A stretch of DNA of 64,000 nt from Candidatus Cryptobacteroides sp. (GTDB lineage: Bacteria; Bacteroidota; Bacteroidia; Bacteroidales; UBA932). The DNA lies in assembly GCA_045615565.1 (NCBI GenBank), contig JAZLFC010000009.1:9947-73946 (forward strand). Direction: 5' to 3'. The notes under the pieces are model-generated. The model worked only from the letters and a program-made list of their open reading frames with translations, was not told the origin of the DNA and did not search any database. Below, piece by piece: positions 37,434 through 47,044 of this stretch (position 1 is its first letter; the number at the start of each line of letters is the position of its first letter). Position numbers and translations under genes: made by a program.

Positions 37434-38546
37434 GTGAAAAAGAGCTTCGCACAGATACTCGGCACAATCGAGAATGACCGGAACAGAAAAATAAAGGCCA
37501 AGCTTCCCTCCTGGGCTGAAACCGAAGGGTTGGAATATCCATCATCCCTGAGTCTGGAGCAATGCAGTTCCGAGGCCACCGCCTTGTACAAAGCCGGAAT
37601 CATCAGGGGCAAAAGCGGCTCCGGAGTATCCCTGTTTGACCTGACCGGAGGGCTGGGAGTCGACAGCCTTGCCTTTTCCGAAGTATGCGACAGAGTGACA
37701 TACAATGAAATCAACCCTGTCCTGGCCGCTGCAGCGGAGAAGAATTTTGCAACAATGGGAGCCCGCAACATCCGGGTCAGGAACACGGACTCCTCGGACC
37801 TGCTTGAGCAGGAATGGCATAGCGACTGGATATATATCGACCCGGCCAGGAGAGACGCTGCCGGCAAAAAAGTATTCCTGCTCGAAGACTGCAGTCCGAA
37901 CGTACTGGAGCTGATGCCTGAACTCTGGAATCACACGGACAGAATCATGCTCAAGCTGTCCCCAATGGCAGACATCACGATGATAGCCGGACGCCTGGGA
38001 GGGTGTCTGGACGAAGTCCACGTCGTAGGCAGCGGCGGTGAATGCAAGGAGCTGCTCTGCCTCCTGTCAAGAACGGCCCGGACTGCATTCAGCACGACTG
38101 TCGCAGAGCTGAGCGGTGGAGTCGCAGCAATAGAGACTTTCACTGAAAAGGAGACGATAGGGCTGTCCGGAATTCCTGCCTCTGGAGACACCGTCTTCGA
38201 ACCATCCGCAGCACTTATGAAATCCGGATACGCGGATACATATTGCAAATCCCTCTCTTTCGGAAAGCTTGACGGTTTCACCCATCTTTACTCAAAGACA
38301 GGATCTGCCGGGAAATGCGGATTCGGCAAGGCGTTCAGCGTGGTCGAGACAGTGGATTTCAACGGAGCGAACATCAGGAGCACCGGCAGAAAATATCCGG
38401 AGGCGGATGTCAGCGCCAAGAATATTCCTGTCGGTTCTGAAGAACTCAGAAAGAGACTGGGGACGCGTTCCGGCAACGGTCTTCACATTTTCGGAGCAAG
38501 CGTATGCGGCGAAAAGAAACTGATAGTCTGCAGGAGAATTACCTGA
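37434..38546 (+). CDS. Class I SAM-dependent methyltransferase with THUMP-like C-terminal domain
   Basis: LSLEQCSSE, DLTGGLGVD, YIDPARR, DCSPN, MLKLSPMAD and EPSAALMK motifs. Start probably GTG 37434, 4 nt below TATTTTTG. Confidence 0.8.
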   Translation: MKKSFAQILGTIENDRNRKIKAKLPSWAETEGLEYPSSLSLEQCSSEATALYKAGIIRGKSGSGVSLFDLTGGLGVDSLAFSEVCDRVTYNEINPVLAAAAEKNFATMGARNIRVRNTDSSDLLEQEWHSDWIYIDPARRDAAGKKVFLLEDCSPNVLELMPELWNHTDRIMLKLSPMADITMIAGRLGGCLDEVHVVGSGGECKELLCLLSRTARTAFSTTVAELSGGVAAIETFTEKETIGLSGIPASGDTVFEPSAALMKSGYADTYCKSLSFGKLDGFTHLYSKTGSAGKCGFGKAFSVVETVDFNGANIRSTGRKYPEADVSAKNIPVGSEELRKRLGTRSGNGLHIFGASVCGEKKLIVCRRIT

Positions 38547-38547
38547 G

Positions 38548-40335
38548 CTAATCCCTGATGTCAAGAAGATAGCGTGACCAGAACAGATGGTCGGAAGCAC
38601 GGTCGTGCTCGTGCTGGGCGCCTCTGTATCCGTGCATCCCGTCCGGGTAGAGCATAAGGTCAAACTGAATGCCCTCATTCTGCAACGCGTCCATCAGCAG
38701 CAGAGTATTCTGATAGTGCACGTTGTCGTCTCCTGTACCGTGCGTGAGTTTCAGACGGCCCGGCCTTCTTCCCTTGACATAGTTGAGCACACCTGCCTCT
38801 GCATAGCCTTCAGGATTGGCCTGGGGCGTGTCCATAAAGCGTTCGGTATAATGGCTGTCATAAAGTGTCCAGTCATATACGCCGCCTCCCGCGACACCGC
38901 AGCAGAAATATTCCGGATACCTGAGGACAAGCATGGAAGTGGTGGTTCCTCCAAAGGAAAAGCCCTCCACACCTATTCTGTCAGCCTTTACGTACGGCTG
39001 CGCCTGCATATATTCGGCCCAGGCGATATAGTCCCCGAGTTCCGGCACCGTCATCCTGCGGAATGCCTCGTCCATACCCCTGCGTCCGTTTTCACCTGAA
39101 GAACGGGGATCGACCACCATATAGATTATGCCGTTATGGAAGCACCAGTCATCCGAAGCATCGCGGTCTTTCCAGCGGTCACGCACATATGGAGTCCCGG
39201 GTCCGCCGTACAGTTGCATCAGCACAGGGTATTTCTTCCCTGGATCAAAACCCTCAGGATACGAAATCAGGCCGTAGAGTTCATATCCGTCATTCTCGAT
39301 TTTCAGAATCTCGGGACGCGGTCTTAACGGCACGTCACCGTTGGCGACGGACACAAGCTCCTCCTCATATCCGTAAAGGTTCCCCCTGATTATGCGGGGG
39401 TTCTGAGAAGCGGTCGAGAGCCTGGCGGTGAAATGTTTTCCGTCCGGATCAAGTTTGATCTGGTCAGCGTAGAAATCAGTATCGGTAAGACAGCTTATCC
39501 TTCCTTTGCGGTCCGCCCGGTAAACCGCCGGATGAAGTTTGGAGTCGCGCTTGGCGCTGAACCACACGTCGCCTTTCTTCTCGTCCACCTTCAAGAGTGA
39601 GACAGCCCAGTTGGGGCCGTCCGTCAGTCTCTTGAATGTCTTTCCGTCATACGACAGGAAATAAATCTGCTCCCATCCGGTTTCAAAACTGCGCGCCATA
39701 TACAGTCCCTTTTCCGTAAAAATCACTTCCTCTATCCAATTCAGCCAGGTCGGATACTCTTCGTGGTAAACCGCGCGCTTTTTGCCGGTACCGGAATCCA
39801 CCGCATAGAGATCGAGGGTATTCTGGCGTCTCGGCTCCCTTGCTATATAGAAATAACGGCTGCCGCTGTCCCAGAAAGGTATTCCGAAATACTGATCTTC
39901 ATTTTCATCGAAATCAGCCCACACAATGCTGTTGCTTTCGACGTCGGCCATTCCTATGCGGACTGACGGATTGTTCTGACCGGCCTTGGGATACCTGGTC
40001 TGCCGCAATCCCCCATTCTGTCCGAAAGGAGAGAATATCGGGAACACCGGCACGTCTGTTTCATCGAATCTGTAGAAACCTATCTTGCGCGAATCGGGAC
40101 TCCACCAGAAAGCCCGGTAATTTGATGCACGGCCCAGAATCTCCTCATAGTAAACCCAAGAAGCATAACCGTTGAGCACCGTCCCGGAACCGTCCGTAGT
40201 GATTCTTGTCTGAGTGCCGTCAGCAACCTTCTGCACCCAGAGGTCATTGTCCCTTGTAAATGCAATCATCGTGGAATCCGGTGAATAGGTCGGATTTACC
40301 ATTGAAAGCGTTACCGCCAGAATAAAGCCAATCAT
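38548..40335 (-). CDS. S9B dipeptidyl peptidase IV family
   Basis: VYYEEI, FWWSPDS, YPKAG, YGGPG, GFSFGG nucleophile, DDNVH and HG. Short N-terminus. Confidence 0.9.
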   Translation of the reverse strand: MIGFILAVTLSMVNPTYSPDSTMIAFTRDNDLWVQKVADGTQTRITTDGSGTVLNGYASWVYYEEILGRASNYRAFWWSPDSRKIGFYRFDETDVPVFPIFSPFGQNGGLRQTRYPKAGQNNPSVRIGMADVESNSIVWADFDENEDQYFGIPFWDSGSRYFYIAREPRRQNTLDLYAVDSGTGKKRAVYHEEYPTWLNWIEEVIFTEKGLYMARSFETGWEQIYFLSYDGKTFKRLTDGPNWAVSLLKVDEKKGDVWFSAKRDSKLHPAVYRADRKGRISCLTDTDFYADQIKLDPDGKHFTARLSTASQNPRIIRGNLYGYEEELVSVANGDVPLRPRPEILKIENDGYELYGLISYPEGFDPGKKYPVLMQLYGGPGTPYVRDRWKDRDASDDWCFHNGIIYMVVDPRSSGENGRRGMDEAFRRMTVPELGDYIAWAEYMQAQPYVKADRIGVEGFSFGGTTTSMLVLRYPEYFCCGVAGGGVYDWTLYDSHYTERFMDTPQANPEGYAEAGVLNYVKGRRPGRLKLTHGTGDDNVHYQNTLLLMDALQNEGIQFDLMLYPDGMHGYRGAQHEHDRASDHLFWSRYLLDIRD

Positions 40336-41753
40336 TTGAAAAACCTGTCGTTAAAATTAACCAGATATACTTTTTCGACCGCCCTTGTTACAGCCGTATA
40401 CAACCATTTCAAATCATCTTCTGTCTGTTCATCCTGCCAGAAAGGACAATCTATGAACACGCAGCGCCACTGTCCGCCCTGGGATTTATGGCAGGTGACG
40501 GCATCCGCATATTTCAACTGCAGGGCATTGTAGTACTTGTCCTCACGCACGGCGTCATATCTCTTTTTCTTACCGGAAATATCCGAATAATCCTCAGAAA
40601 CGCCCTGATACAGCGCATTCTGCTGCTCATAAGTCAATGAAGCCGATTCAGACTCGAGTGTATCCAGACATACTTTCGCAGTGATTTCCTGATTGTCATA
40701 ATCGGGGAATGACAGCACCGCCTCAGCGAAATGCAGACCGTACCTTTCCTCGTACTTCCCTATCCTGACAAGCGTGGCTATATCACCGTTTGCGATATAC
40801 TCCATTCCCTTCACATCTTCGATAAACTGATAGCAATTCTTCACTATCATAAGTTTGTCTCCGCGTACCAGCTTTTCCTCCTTGAACTGAATCATAGAGC
40901 GGATACCGAGATTGTACCTGATGGCCCTCCTGTTTGAACGGCAGAGCACAATGGTATCATCTTCGCCGTATTTTTCATAAGCGTCAGACAGCTTTTCAAT
41001 CAGTTCCACTCCGCCTATCCTTTCAATGTCCGTAAACCCTTTCACTTCCAGGCTGACGCGACAGCCGGAATGGCGGGTAATTTCTTCGCGCAGGAGTGTC
41101 GCGTTATGAAGTATTCCCGATTCGGATGCCTGACGGACAACAGTAGTAAGTTCGGAATACCTTACTCCTCCCACACTGTCCATGAAGTCTTTCGACAGCG
41201 CCGGGCTTTCATCAAGTCCGACGGGTGGAAGCTGTGCGGCATCACCGATCATTATCAGCCGGCAGTCGACCCCGTTCCTTACAAAGCTGACCAGATCATC
41301 AAGAAGGTTTCCGGTGCCGAACAATGAAGATGACTGCTGCCGGTCCGTTTCAGTGCCTATCAGAGACACCTCATCCACCACGAAAAGGGTGCTTTTTGAT
41401 TTATTGGGAATCAACGAGAACTGCCCGAATCCGTCAGACCCCACCGATTTCTGCTTATAGATATGCTTGTGAATAGTATATGCAGGTTTATTCGCAATAC
41501 TGCTCAGAACCTTCGCAGACCTTCCGGTGGGAGCAAGAAGGACTGAATGTACTTTCATCCTCTTCATTGACTCTATGACCGCCGCTATGGCAGTGGTCTT
41601 CCCGGTACCCGCATAGCCGTTGACCACCAGGATATCGGAATCATCGGATGTAATGAAAGACGCTATGTCACGGAACAATGCATCCTGACACGCAGTAGGC
41701 TCATACCCGAAAGATTTCAGGAAATCCGCATATAGGAACTCTGTCCTGCCCAT
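40332..41753 (-). CDS. RecD-like superfamily 1 helicase/ATPase
   Basis: GYAGTGKT, LAPTGRSA, VDEVS, GDAAQLPPV, VVRQ and CHKSQGGQW...WLYTAVTRA. Confidence 0.88.
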   Translation of the reverse strand: MGRTEFLYADFLKSFGYEPTACQDALFRDIASFITSDDSDILVVNGYAGTGKTTAIAAVIESMKRMKVHSVLLAPTGRSAKVLSSIANKPAYTIHKHIYKQKSVGSDGFGQFSLIPNKSKSTLFVVDEVSLIGTETDRQQSSSLFGTGNLLDDLVSFVRNGVDCRLIMIGDAAQLPPVGLDESPALSKDFMDSVGGVRYSELTTVVRQASESGILHNATLLREEITRHSGCRVSLEVKGFTDIERIGGVELIEKLSDAYEKYGEDDTIVLCRSNRRAIRYNLGIRSMIQFKEEKLVRGDKLMIVKNCYQFIEDVKGMEYIANGDIATLVRIGKYEERYGLHFAEAVLSFPDYDNQEITAKVCLDTLESESASLTYEQQNALYQGVSEDYSDISGKKKRYDAVREDKYYNALQLKYADAVTCHKSQGGQWRCVFIDCPFWQDEQTEDDLKWLYTAVTRAVEKVYLVNFNDRFFK

Positions 41754-43204
41754 CAGCGCCTCCTGGTATCAAAGATCATTGCCGCTACCGCGAGCACAGG
41801 ATAGATTTCTACGCGGCCGAGGAACATATCGAAGGTATATAGCAGTTTCGTCACTGCCGGAATGGCGTTGTAGCTGCCCAAATAGCCCATATCGCCGATG
41901 GCGGGGCCAACGTTTCCGAGTGACACGACCGACCCTACAAGAGAGTCGATGCCACCGATTCCCGTGGACATCGCCACAAGAACCGAAAATGCGAGCAGAA
42001 GATTATATATGGAAAGGTAAAGAATATGCGGAGCCACTTCCTCGTCCCTCAGTAAACGGGAGCCGAGACGCACTTCGTTTACGGACGAAGGATGGAGGAT
42101 GCGTCCGATCTGACGTCCCATTGACTTGAAAAGTATCAGCAGGCGGTCAGCCTTGACGCCGCCGGTGGTGGAGCCTGCACATCCGCACATCACGGCCGTG
42201 AACATTAGGAACGCGCTCGGAAGCAAAGGCCACGAAGCATTGTCGGTTATTGCAAAACCGGTTGTGGAAGCAGCGCTGACAGTCTGGAAGGCCCCTTTCC
42301 ACAATGCCGCTCCAAAGTTTTCTTCAACTCCTTTGGCCTTAAGTGAAAGTCCGACACAGAAAGTGACGACTGCCAATACGGAGATGTAGAACTTAAGGAC
42401 CGGATTGTTGAGAGGTTTGAGGGACTTGTTCACTACGGAAAGGTACAGCAATCCGAAATGCAGTGAGGACGCCAGCATAAAGACCAAGGTGATCGCCTCA
42501 ATGGCAGGAGAATTAAAAGACGCTATCGAAAAATTCTTCGTACTGAAGCCTCCGGAAGCGGACACGCTGAACGCATGGCATATCGCATCGAACGGGCTCA
42601 TTCCGGCCAGAAGGTAAGACAGGAACGACAGGGCCGCCAGCGCCAGATAGACGTATGCGAAGATATATACAGTCTTGCTGGTTCTGGTAGAATACCCGAC
42701 CTTGGACAGCGAAGAAAGTTCCATATTCGTAAGCCTCAAGCGCATAGGGCTGGAATCAGGTATCACGAGCAACAGGAAAACCACGACTCCCAAGCCTCCG
42801 ATGAAATGCGTGGAACTTCTCCAGAACAGAAGGCTGCGCGGCAACGATTCTACGTCATTCAGTATGGTGGCTCCGGTTGTCGTGTATCCCGACACACTTT
42901 CAAACCAGGCATTCGCCAATGTGAACGGACCGCCCCAGAGTGCATATGGAAGCATTCCGAACACGAATGACAGCAGCCACGACAGGACAATGATCAGATA
43001 ACCGTCCTTCAGCGATATCCGGGAAGTCTTCCTCACAAAAATGAAAGGGAAGATTCCCACTATGAAGGTTATAAGGAAACTGATGAGCATCGGTTCGTAT
43101 GCACTGTCCCGGTCCATGACGGAAATCACAACCGATATCAGCATAAACAGAGCGCTCACGAGCAACGCATAGCCGATATTTCTGCTTATCGCCTTAAAGT
43201 TCAT
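41753..43204 (-). CDS. trkH: Trk potassium uptake membrane subunit
   Basis: Four pore loops (SGYTTTG, SGGFS, STTGF, GNVGPA), GSTTGGVK and FLGRVEI. Confidence 0.93.
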   Translation of the reverse strand: MNFKAISRNIGYALLVSALFMLISVVISVMDRDSAYEPMLISFLITFIVGIFPFIFVRKTSRISLKDGYLIIVLSWLLSFVFGMLPYALWGGPFTLANAWFESVSGYTTTGATILNDVESLPRSLLFWRSSTHFIGGLGVVVFLLLVIPDSSPMRLRLTNMELSSLSKVGYSTRTSKTVYIFAYVYLALAALSFLSYLLAGMSPFDAICHAFSVSASGGFSTKNFSIASFNSPAIEAITLVFMLASSLHFGLLYLSVVNKSLKPLNNPVLKFYISVLAVVTFCVGLSLKAKGVEENFGAALWKGAFQTVSAASTTGFAITDNASWPLLPSAFLMFTAVMCGCAGSTTGGVKADRLLILFKSMGRQIGRILHPSSVNEVRLGSRLLRDEEVAPHILYLSIYNLLLAFSVLVAMSTGIGGIDSLVGSVVSLGNVGPAIGDMGYLGSYNAIPAVTKLLYTFDMFLGRVEIYPVLAVAAMIFDTRRR

Positions 43205-44027
43205 TGTTCCTGTTCTTCAGCATAATGATCCTCCGCCTCTGTATCTGGTTCTCGTTGACAAGCTCCGATATGGATTCGTTCAGCGCGGAGAGCTGATCGT
43301 CCCCGTCAAAGGAGCAAGTGTATTTTTTATTGTACTGGCGGTAACTGCCCAGTGCGTCAAGCATCCTGTAAATGGGATTGACATAATAGCTGAGCAAGAA
43401 TACCAGCAGCATGATAACCAGCAGGAGACACACTCCCACCGCCACGATACCCGGCATAATGCTTCTGTAAAAGCCTTTGTCAAAATCTTCGGAATTTCCC
43501 TCGAGGTCCGAATAAATGGCATTCACCAACAGGCTGATGGACCCGTTGAGCTCGTCGAATGCCGGCTCGAGCCTCTGGAAATACCAGGTTCTGGAATCTA
43601 TGAAATCAGACAGCAGTACGTCTTCAAGTTCTCTGGACGTTTCTATGAACCGCTCGTAATAGATAGCCACCGAATCGGCATACGGACCGATGACATTGGA
43701 TGCCATGGAAGATTTCAGCGTACCTATGTGAGAGTAGAAATATTCTTCGTCATTGTCAGGCAGAGAAAGCGAAGTGTCGTCGCCTATTACGGCAAGAATC
43801 GCCAGATTATAGCTGCCGCTTGACTTTGAAAGTTCATACGCAACGCTGATGCTGTTGATATCATCCGCGATGAGGTCGGACACATACGAACTCATACTTC
43901 TGTATTCAAGAACGGATATACTGCTGGAAATAAGCAGCATTACCGCGATTGCACTCAAGCTGAGGGTGATTTTCGCCCTCATCGACAATCCTTTTCCGCC
44001 TGTCTTGCGTGAATACGGCTTATTCAT
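43194..44027 (-). CDS. Membrane sensor module: TM, four-helix-bundle, TM, HAMP; no output domain
   Basis: Two TM helices flank a helical periplasmic region. HAMP-like NPIYRM...DDQLSALN, then a short coiled coil and stop; 11-nt overlap with trkH. Confidence 0.7.
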   Translation of the reverse strand: MNKPYSRKTGGKGLSMRAKITLSLSAIAVMLLISSSISVLEYRSMSSYVSDLIADDINSISVAYELSKSSGSYNLAILAVIGDDTSLSLPDNDEEYFYSHIGTLKSSMASNVIGPYADSVAIYYERFIETSRELEDVLLSDFIDSRTWYFQRLEPAFDELNGSISLLVNAIYSDLEGNSEDFDKGFYRSIMPGIVAVGVCLLLVIMLLVFLLSYYVNPIYRMLDALGSYRQYNKKYTCSFDGDDQLSALNESISELVNENQIQRRRIIMLKNRNNEL

Positions 44028-44077
44028 TTATTTATTTATATATATTTATGTATTTAAAATTTTTCAATAATAATGTA

Positions 44078-44105
44078 CAAATATAAGTATTTATTGATAT
44101 TTTTG
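44078..44105. promoter_or_regulatory. Divergent -7 boxes for the sensor-trkH operon (minus, 44078-44085) and the ROK regulator (plus, 44098-44105)
   Basis: TATATTTG (minus) and TATTTTTG (plus) in a very AT-rich spacer. Confidence 0.6.
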
Positions 44106-44109
44106 TGAT

Positions 44110-45309
44110 ATGACAACATTCTTGAACGATACCGGCAGCAAAAACGCAGCAATAAAGCGGGACATTTTGCGATACTGCATACAAAAAGACAGTTTCAGCA
44201 TCTCTGATCTAAGCAAAGAGCTGAACATCAGCGTGCCGACCATTACAAAACTCGTCGGCGAGCTGAAGGATGACGGCTTTGTCAAAGATGAAGGAAAGCT
44301 CGGCACATCCGGAGGCCGCAGGCCAAGCATATACGGTCTGGATCCTGATGCAGGATATTTTCTCGGTATCGACGTTGCAAGACACCATTTCCACATTGCC
44401 GTAACCAATTTCAAGGGAGAGCTCATCCACTTCATACAGGACATTGAATTTGTCCTTCAGGCCAATCAGGAATCATTCCAGTCAATGGGGAGACTTATCA
44501 AGGACGAAGTCACCAGCATCGGTGTGCCTTGGATCAAGGTTCTGGGCTGCGGCATCAGTCTTTCCGGAAGGGTGAATCCGGAAAAGGGTTACAGCCTTAC
44601 GTATTTTGTCAGTGACGACATCCCTCTTACAGAGCAGTTCCAAAAAGAGCTCCATATCCCTGTCACAATAGAAAATGATTCAAGAGCAATGACTTATGGT
44701 GAATATATGTCTCTCGGCAGAGAAGTTGACAAGAATATGATATTCATCAATCTGGGATGGGGTCTCGGAATGGGGATGATTCTGGACGGCGAGCTGTATT
44801 ACGGCAAATCGGGCTTCTCAGGTGAAATCGGGCACTTCCCCCTGCTGAGCAATGACATCATATGCAGATGCGGAAAGGTGGGATGTCTCGAGACTGGAGC
44901 TTCCGGTTCGGCCCTGCACCGTATGATTGTGGACAAGCTCAAGCAGGGACGCAAATCGTCCTTGTCAAAATCCTTTGAAAAGAAGGGAGAGATTGAGTTG
45001 GAAGAGATCCTTCAGGCCATCAGGGAAGAGGATGTGCTCGCCATTGAAGGAATCGGAGAAATCGGGGAAACGCTCGGCCGGGGAATTGCCGGCATCATCA
45101 ACATATTCAATCCGGGTCTGGTAGTCGTTGGAGGAAGACTGATTGTCGGCAAAGATTATCTGATGCTTCCTATCCGCACCGCCGTGAACAAGCTTTCACT
45201 GTCCCGCGTAAGTTCCGATACAAAAATAAAGCTTTCCACGCTGGACAGAAAGGCCGCCGGAATCGGCAACTGTCTTCTGTCGCGCAGCAAGCTTCTCGGC
45301 CTGATGTAA
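44110..45309 (+). CDS. ROK-family transcriptional regulator (NagC/XylR-like)
   Basis: N-terminal HTH, GGRRP, IENDSRA, GLGMG, GEIGH and Zn motif CRCGKVGCLE. Confidence 0.92.
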   Translation: MTTFLNDTGSKNAAIKRDILRYCIQKDSFSISDLSKELNISVPTITKLVGELKDDGFVKDEGKLGTSGGRRPSIYGLDPDAGYFLGIDVARHHFHIAVTNFKGELIHFIQDIEFVLQANQESFQSMGRLIKDEVTSIGVPWIKVLGCGISLSGRVNPEKGYSLTYFVSDDIPLTEQFQKELHIPVTIENDSRAMTYGEYMSLGREVDKNMIFINLGWGLGMGMILDGELYYGKSGFSGEIGHFPLLSNDIICRCGKVGCLETGASGSALHRMIVDKLKQGRKSSLSKSFEKKGEIELEEILQAIREEDVLAIEGIGEIGETLGRGIAGIINIFNPGLVVVGGRLIVGKDYLMLPIRTAVNKLSLSRVSSDTKIKLSTLDRKAAGIGNCLLSRSKLLGLM

Positions 45310-45341
45310 CGGTTACAAGCCTTACTCAGGCTTGTAACCGT
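45309..45341. repeat. Perfect 14-bp inverted repeat at the ROK/glnS convergent junction
   Basis: ACGGTTACAAGCCT-TACTC-AGGCTTGTAACCGT. The right arm and loop are the last glnS codons. Confidence 0.8.
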
Positions 45342-46980
45342 CTTTCAGGGATACAGTCTTATTGAATACAGGATGTTCAGCCGTACTGTCAGCATCCTTG
45401 ATGTAATATCCCACACGCTCGAACTGGACAGCTATACCGGAGGCGTCGTCGAGCAAAGCCGGCTCGGCATAACCCTTGGCAACAACCAGGGAATCAGGAT
45501 TGAGATAGTCCTTATAATCCTTGTCCTCAGGCACCTGTGACATATCGGCAAGAGTGAAGAGCCTGTCATACTGACGGAGTTCAATCTCCTTCATATACTG
45601 CGTGCTCACCCAATGGATAGTCCCTTTGACAGAGCGCCACTCTCCGCTTCCCGGCTTCGTTGAAGGGTCATATGTACATTTAATCTCTACGACCTTACCG
45701 TCCGGATCCTTAACGAGTTCGTTGCACTTAATGATATATGTGTACTTGAGGCGCACCTCTCCGTCAGGTTTAAGGCGGAAGAACTTATGAGGGGCATCCT
45801 CCATAAAGTCGGCGCGGTCTATAAGCAGTTCTCCGGTGAAAGGCACCTTGCGGGCAGCCCCTTCAGGTTCTGCAGGATTCAGAGGACAGTCATACCATTC
45901 GACCTGTCCCTCCGGCCAGTTCGTAATCGTCAGCTTGACAGGATCGTCACTGACAACCATATATCTGTTGGAGCGGGCATTCAGATCCTGACGCACGCAC
46001 CACTCAAGCAGCTGGATATCCATAAGCTGGTCGCGTTTTGTGACACCTATCCTATCGCAGAACATCTTCAGGGCATCCGGGGTGTACCCACGGCGGCGCA
46101 CGCCGCAGAGCGTTGGCATGCGAGGGTCATCCCAACCGGAAACGAATCCTTTCCGGACAAGCTCGAGGAGCTTGCGCTTGGACATCAGCGTGTATGTGAG
46201 GTTAAGGCGCGCGAATTCATACTGGTGGGACGGGAAGATTCCCAGAGTCTCGATAAACCAGTCGTACAACGGACGGTGGACGTCAAACTCGAGAGTGCAG
46301 ATGGAATGTGTGATATTCTCGATGGAATCGCACTGTCCGTGTGTGTAGTCGTACATCGGATAGATGCACCACTTGTCCCCGGTACGGTGGTGGGAAGCGT
46401 GTTTGATGCGGTAAAGGATAGGATCGCGGAACATCATGTTCGGATGCGCCATATCTATCTTCGCCCTGAGGACCTTCTCCCCATCGGCATATTTGCCGTC
46501 CCGCATTCTGCGGAAGAGCCTGAGGTTTTCATCAACGCTACGGTTGCGGTAAGGGCTCTCTTTTCCGGGCTTGTCAACGGTTCCTCTTCCTTCAGAGATC
46601 TCTTCCTGAGTCTGGTCGTCAACATACGCGATGCCGCGCCGTATCATATCCTCAGCCCACTGATACAGCTGATCGAAATAGTCTGAGGCATAGCATTCCT
46701 TCTCCCACTGGAAGCCGAGCCACTTGATATCCTCCTTTATGGCATCGACATATTCCGTATCTTCTTTTGTAGGATTTGTATCGTCATAACGGAGATTTGT
46801 CTTTCCGCCATATTTCTGAGCGAGGCCGAAATTGATGCACAAGCTCTTCGCATGTCCCAGATGCAGATATCCGTTAGGCTCCGGAGGGAATCTGGTAAGG
46901 ATGGACTTGTACTTGCCTGATTTGAGGTCATCCTCAATTATCTCTTCCAGAAAATTCAGTTTTTTAGCTTCTTCTTCCAT
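45322..46980 (-). CDS. glnS: Glutaminyl-tRNA synthetase
   Basis: RFPPEPNGYLHLGH (HIGH), WCIYPMYD, MSKRK and QFERVGY. Start moved to ATG 46980; TATATTTG at 47017-47024. Confidence 0.95.
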   Translation of the reverse strand: MEEEAKKLNFLEEIIEDDLKSGKYKSILTRFPPEPNGYLHLGHAKSLCINFGLAQKYGGKTNLRYDDTNPTKEDTEYVDAIKEDIKWLGFQWEKECYASDYFDQLYQWAEDMIRRGIAYVDDQTQEEISEGRGTVDKPGKESPYRNRSVDENLRLFRRMRDGKYADGEKVLRAKIDMAHPNMMFRDPILYRIKHASHHRTGDKWCIYPMYDYTHGQCDSIENITHSICTLEFDVHRPLYDWFIETLGIFPSHQYEFARLNLTYTLMSKRKLLELVRKGFVSGWDDPRMPTLCGVRRRGYTPDALKMFCDRIGVTKRDQLMDIQLLEWCVRQDLNARSNRYMVVSDDPVKLTITNWPEGQVEWYDCPLNPAEPEGAARKVPFTGELLIDRADFMEDAPHKFFRLKPDGEVRLKYTYIIKCNELVKDPDGKVVEIKCTYDPSTKPGSGEWRSVKGTIHWVSTQYMKEIELRQYDRLFTLADMSQVPEDKDYKDYLNPDSLVVAKGYAEPALLDDASGIAVQFERVGYYIKDADSTAEHPVFNKTVSLKDGYKPE

Positions 46981-47044
46981 GGTAACAACGGTTGTCAAAT
47001 ACTCTAACTACTATCGCAAATATAGTAAAAATTCTTTTCGGAGA

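Noticed and set aside
45787-46686. 299-aa ORF antisense to glnS (also 48302-49084, 59369-60238, 36187-37411)
   Set aside because: Entirely or almost entirely nested opposite well-supported CDSs; no recognisable domains.
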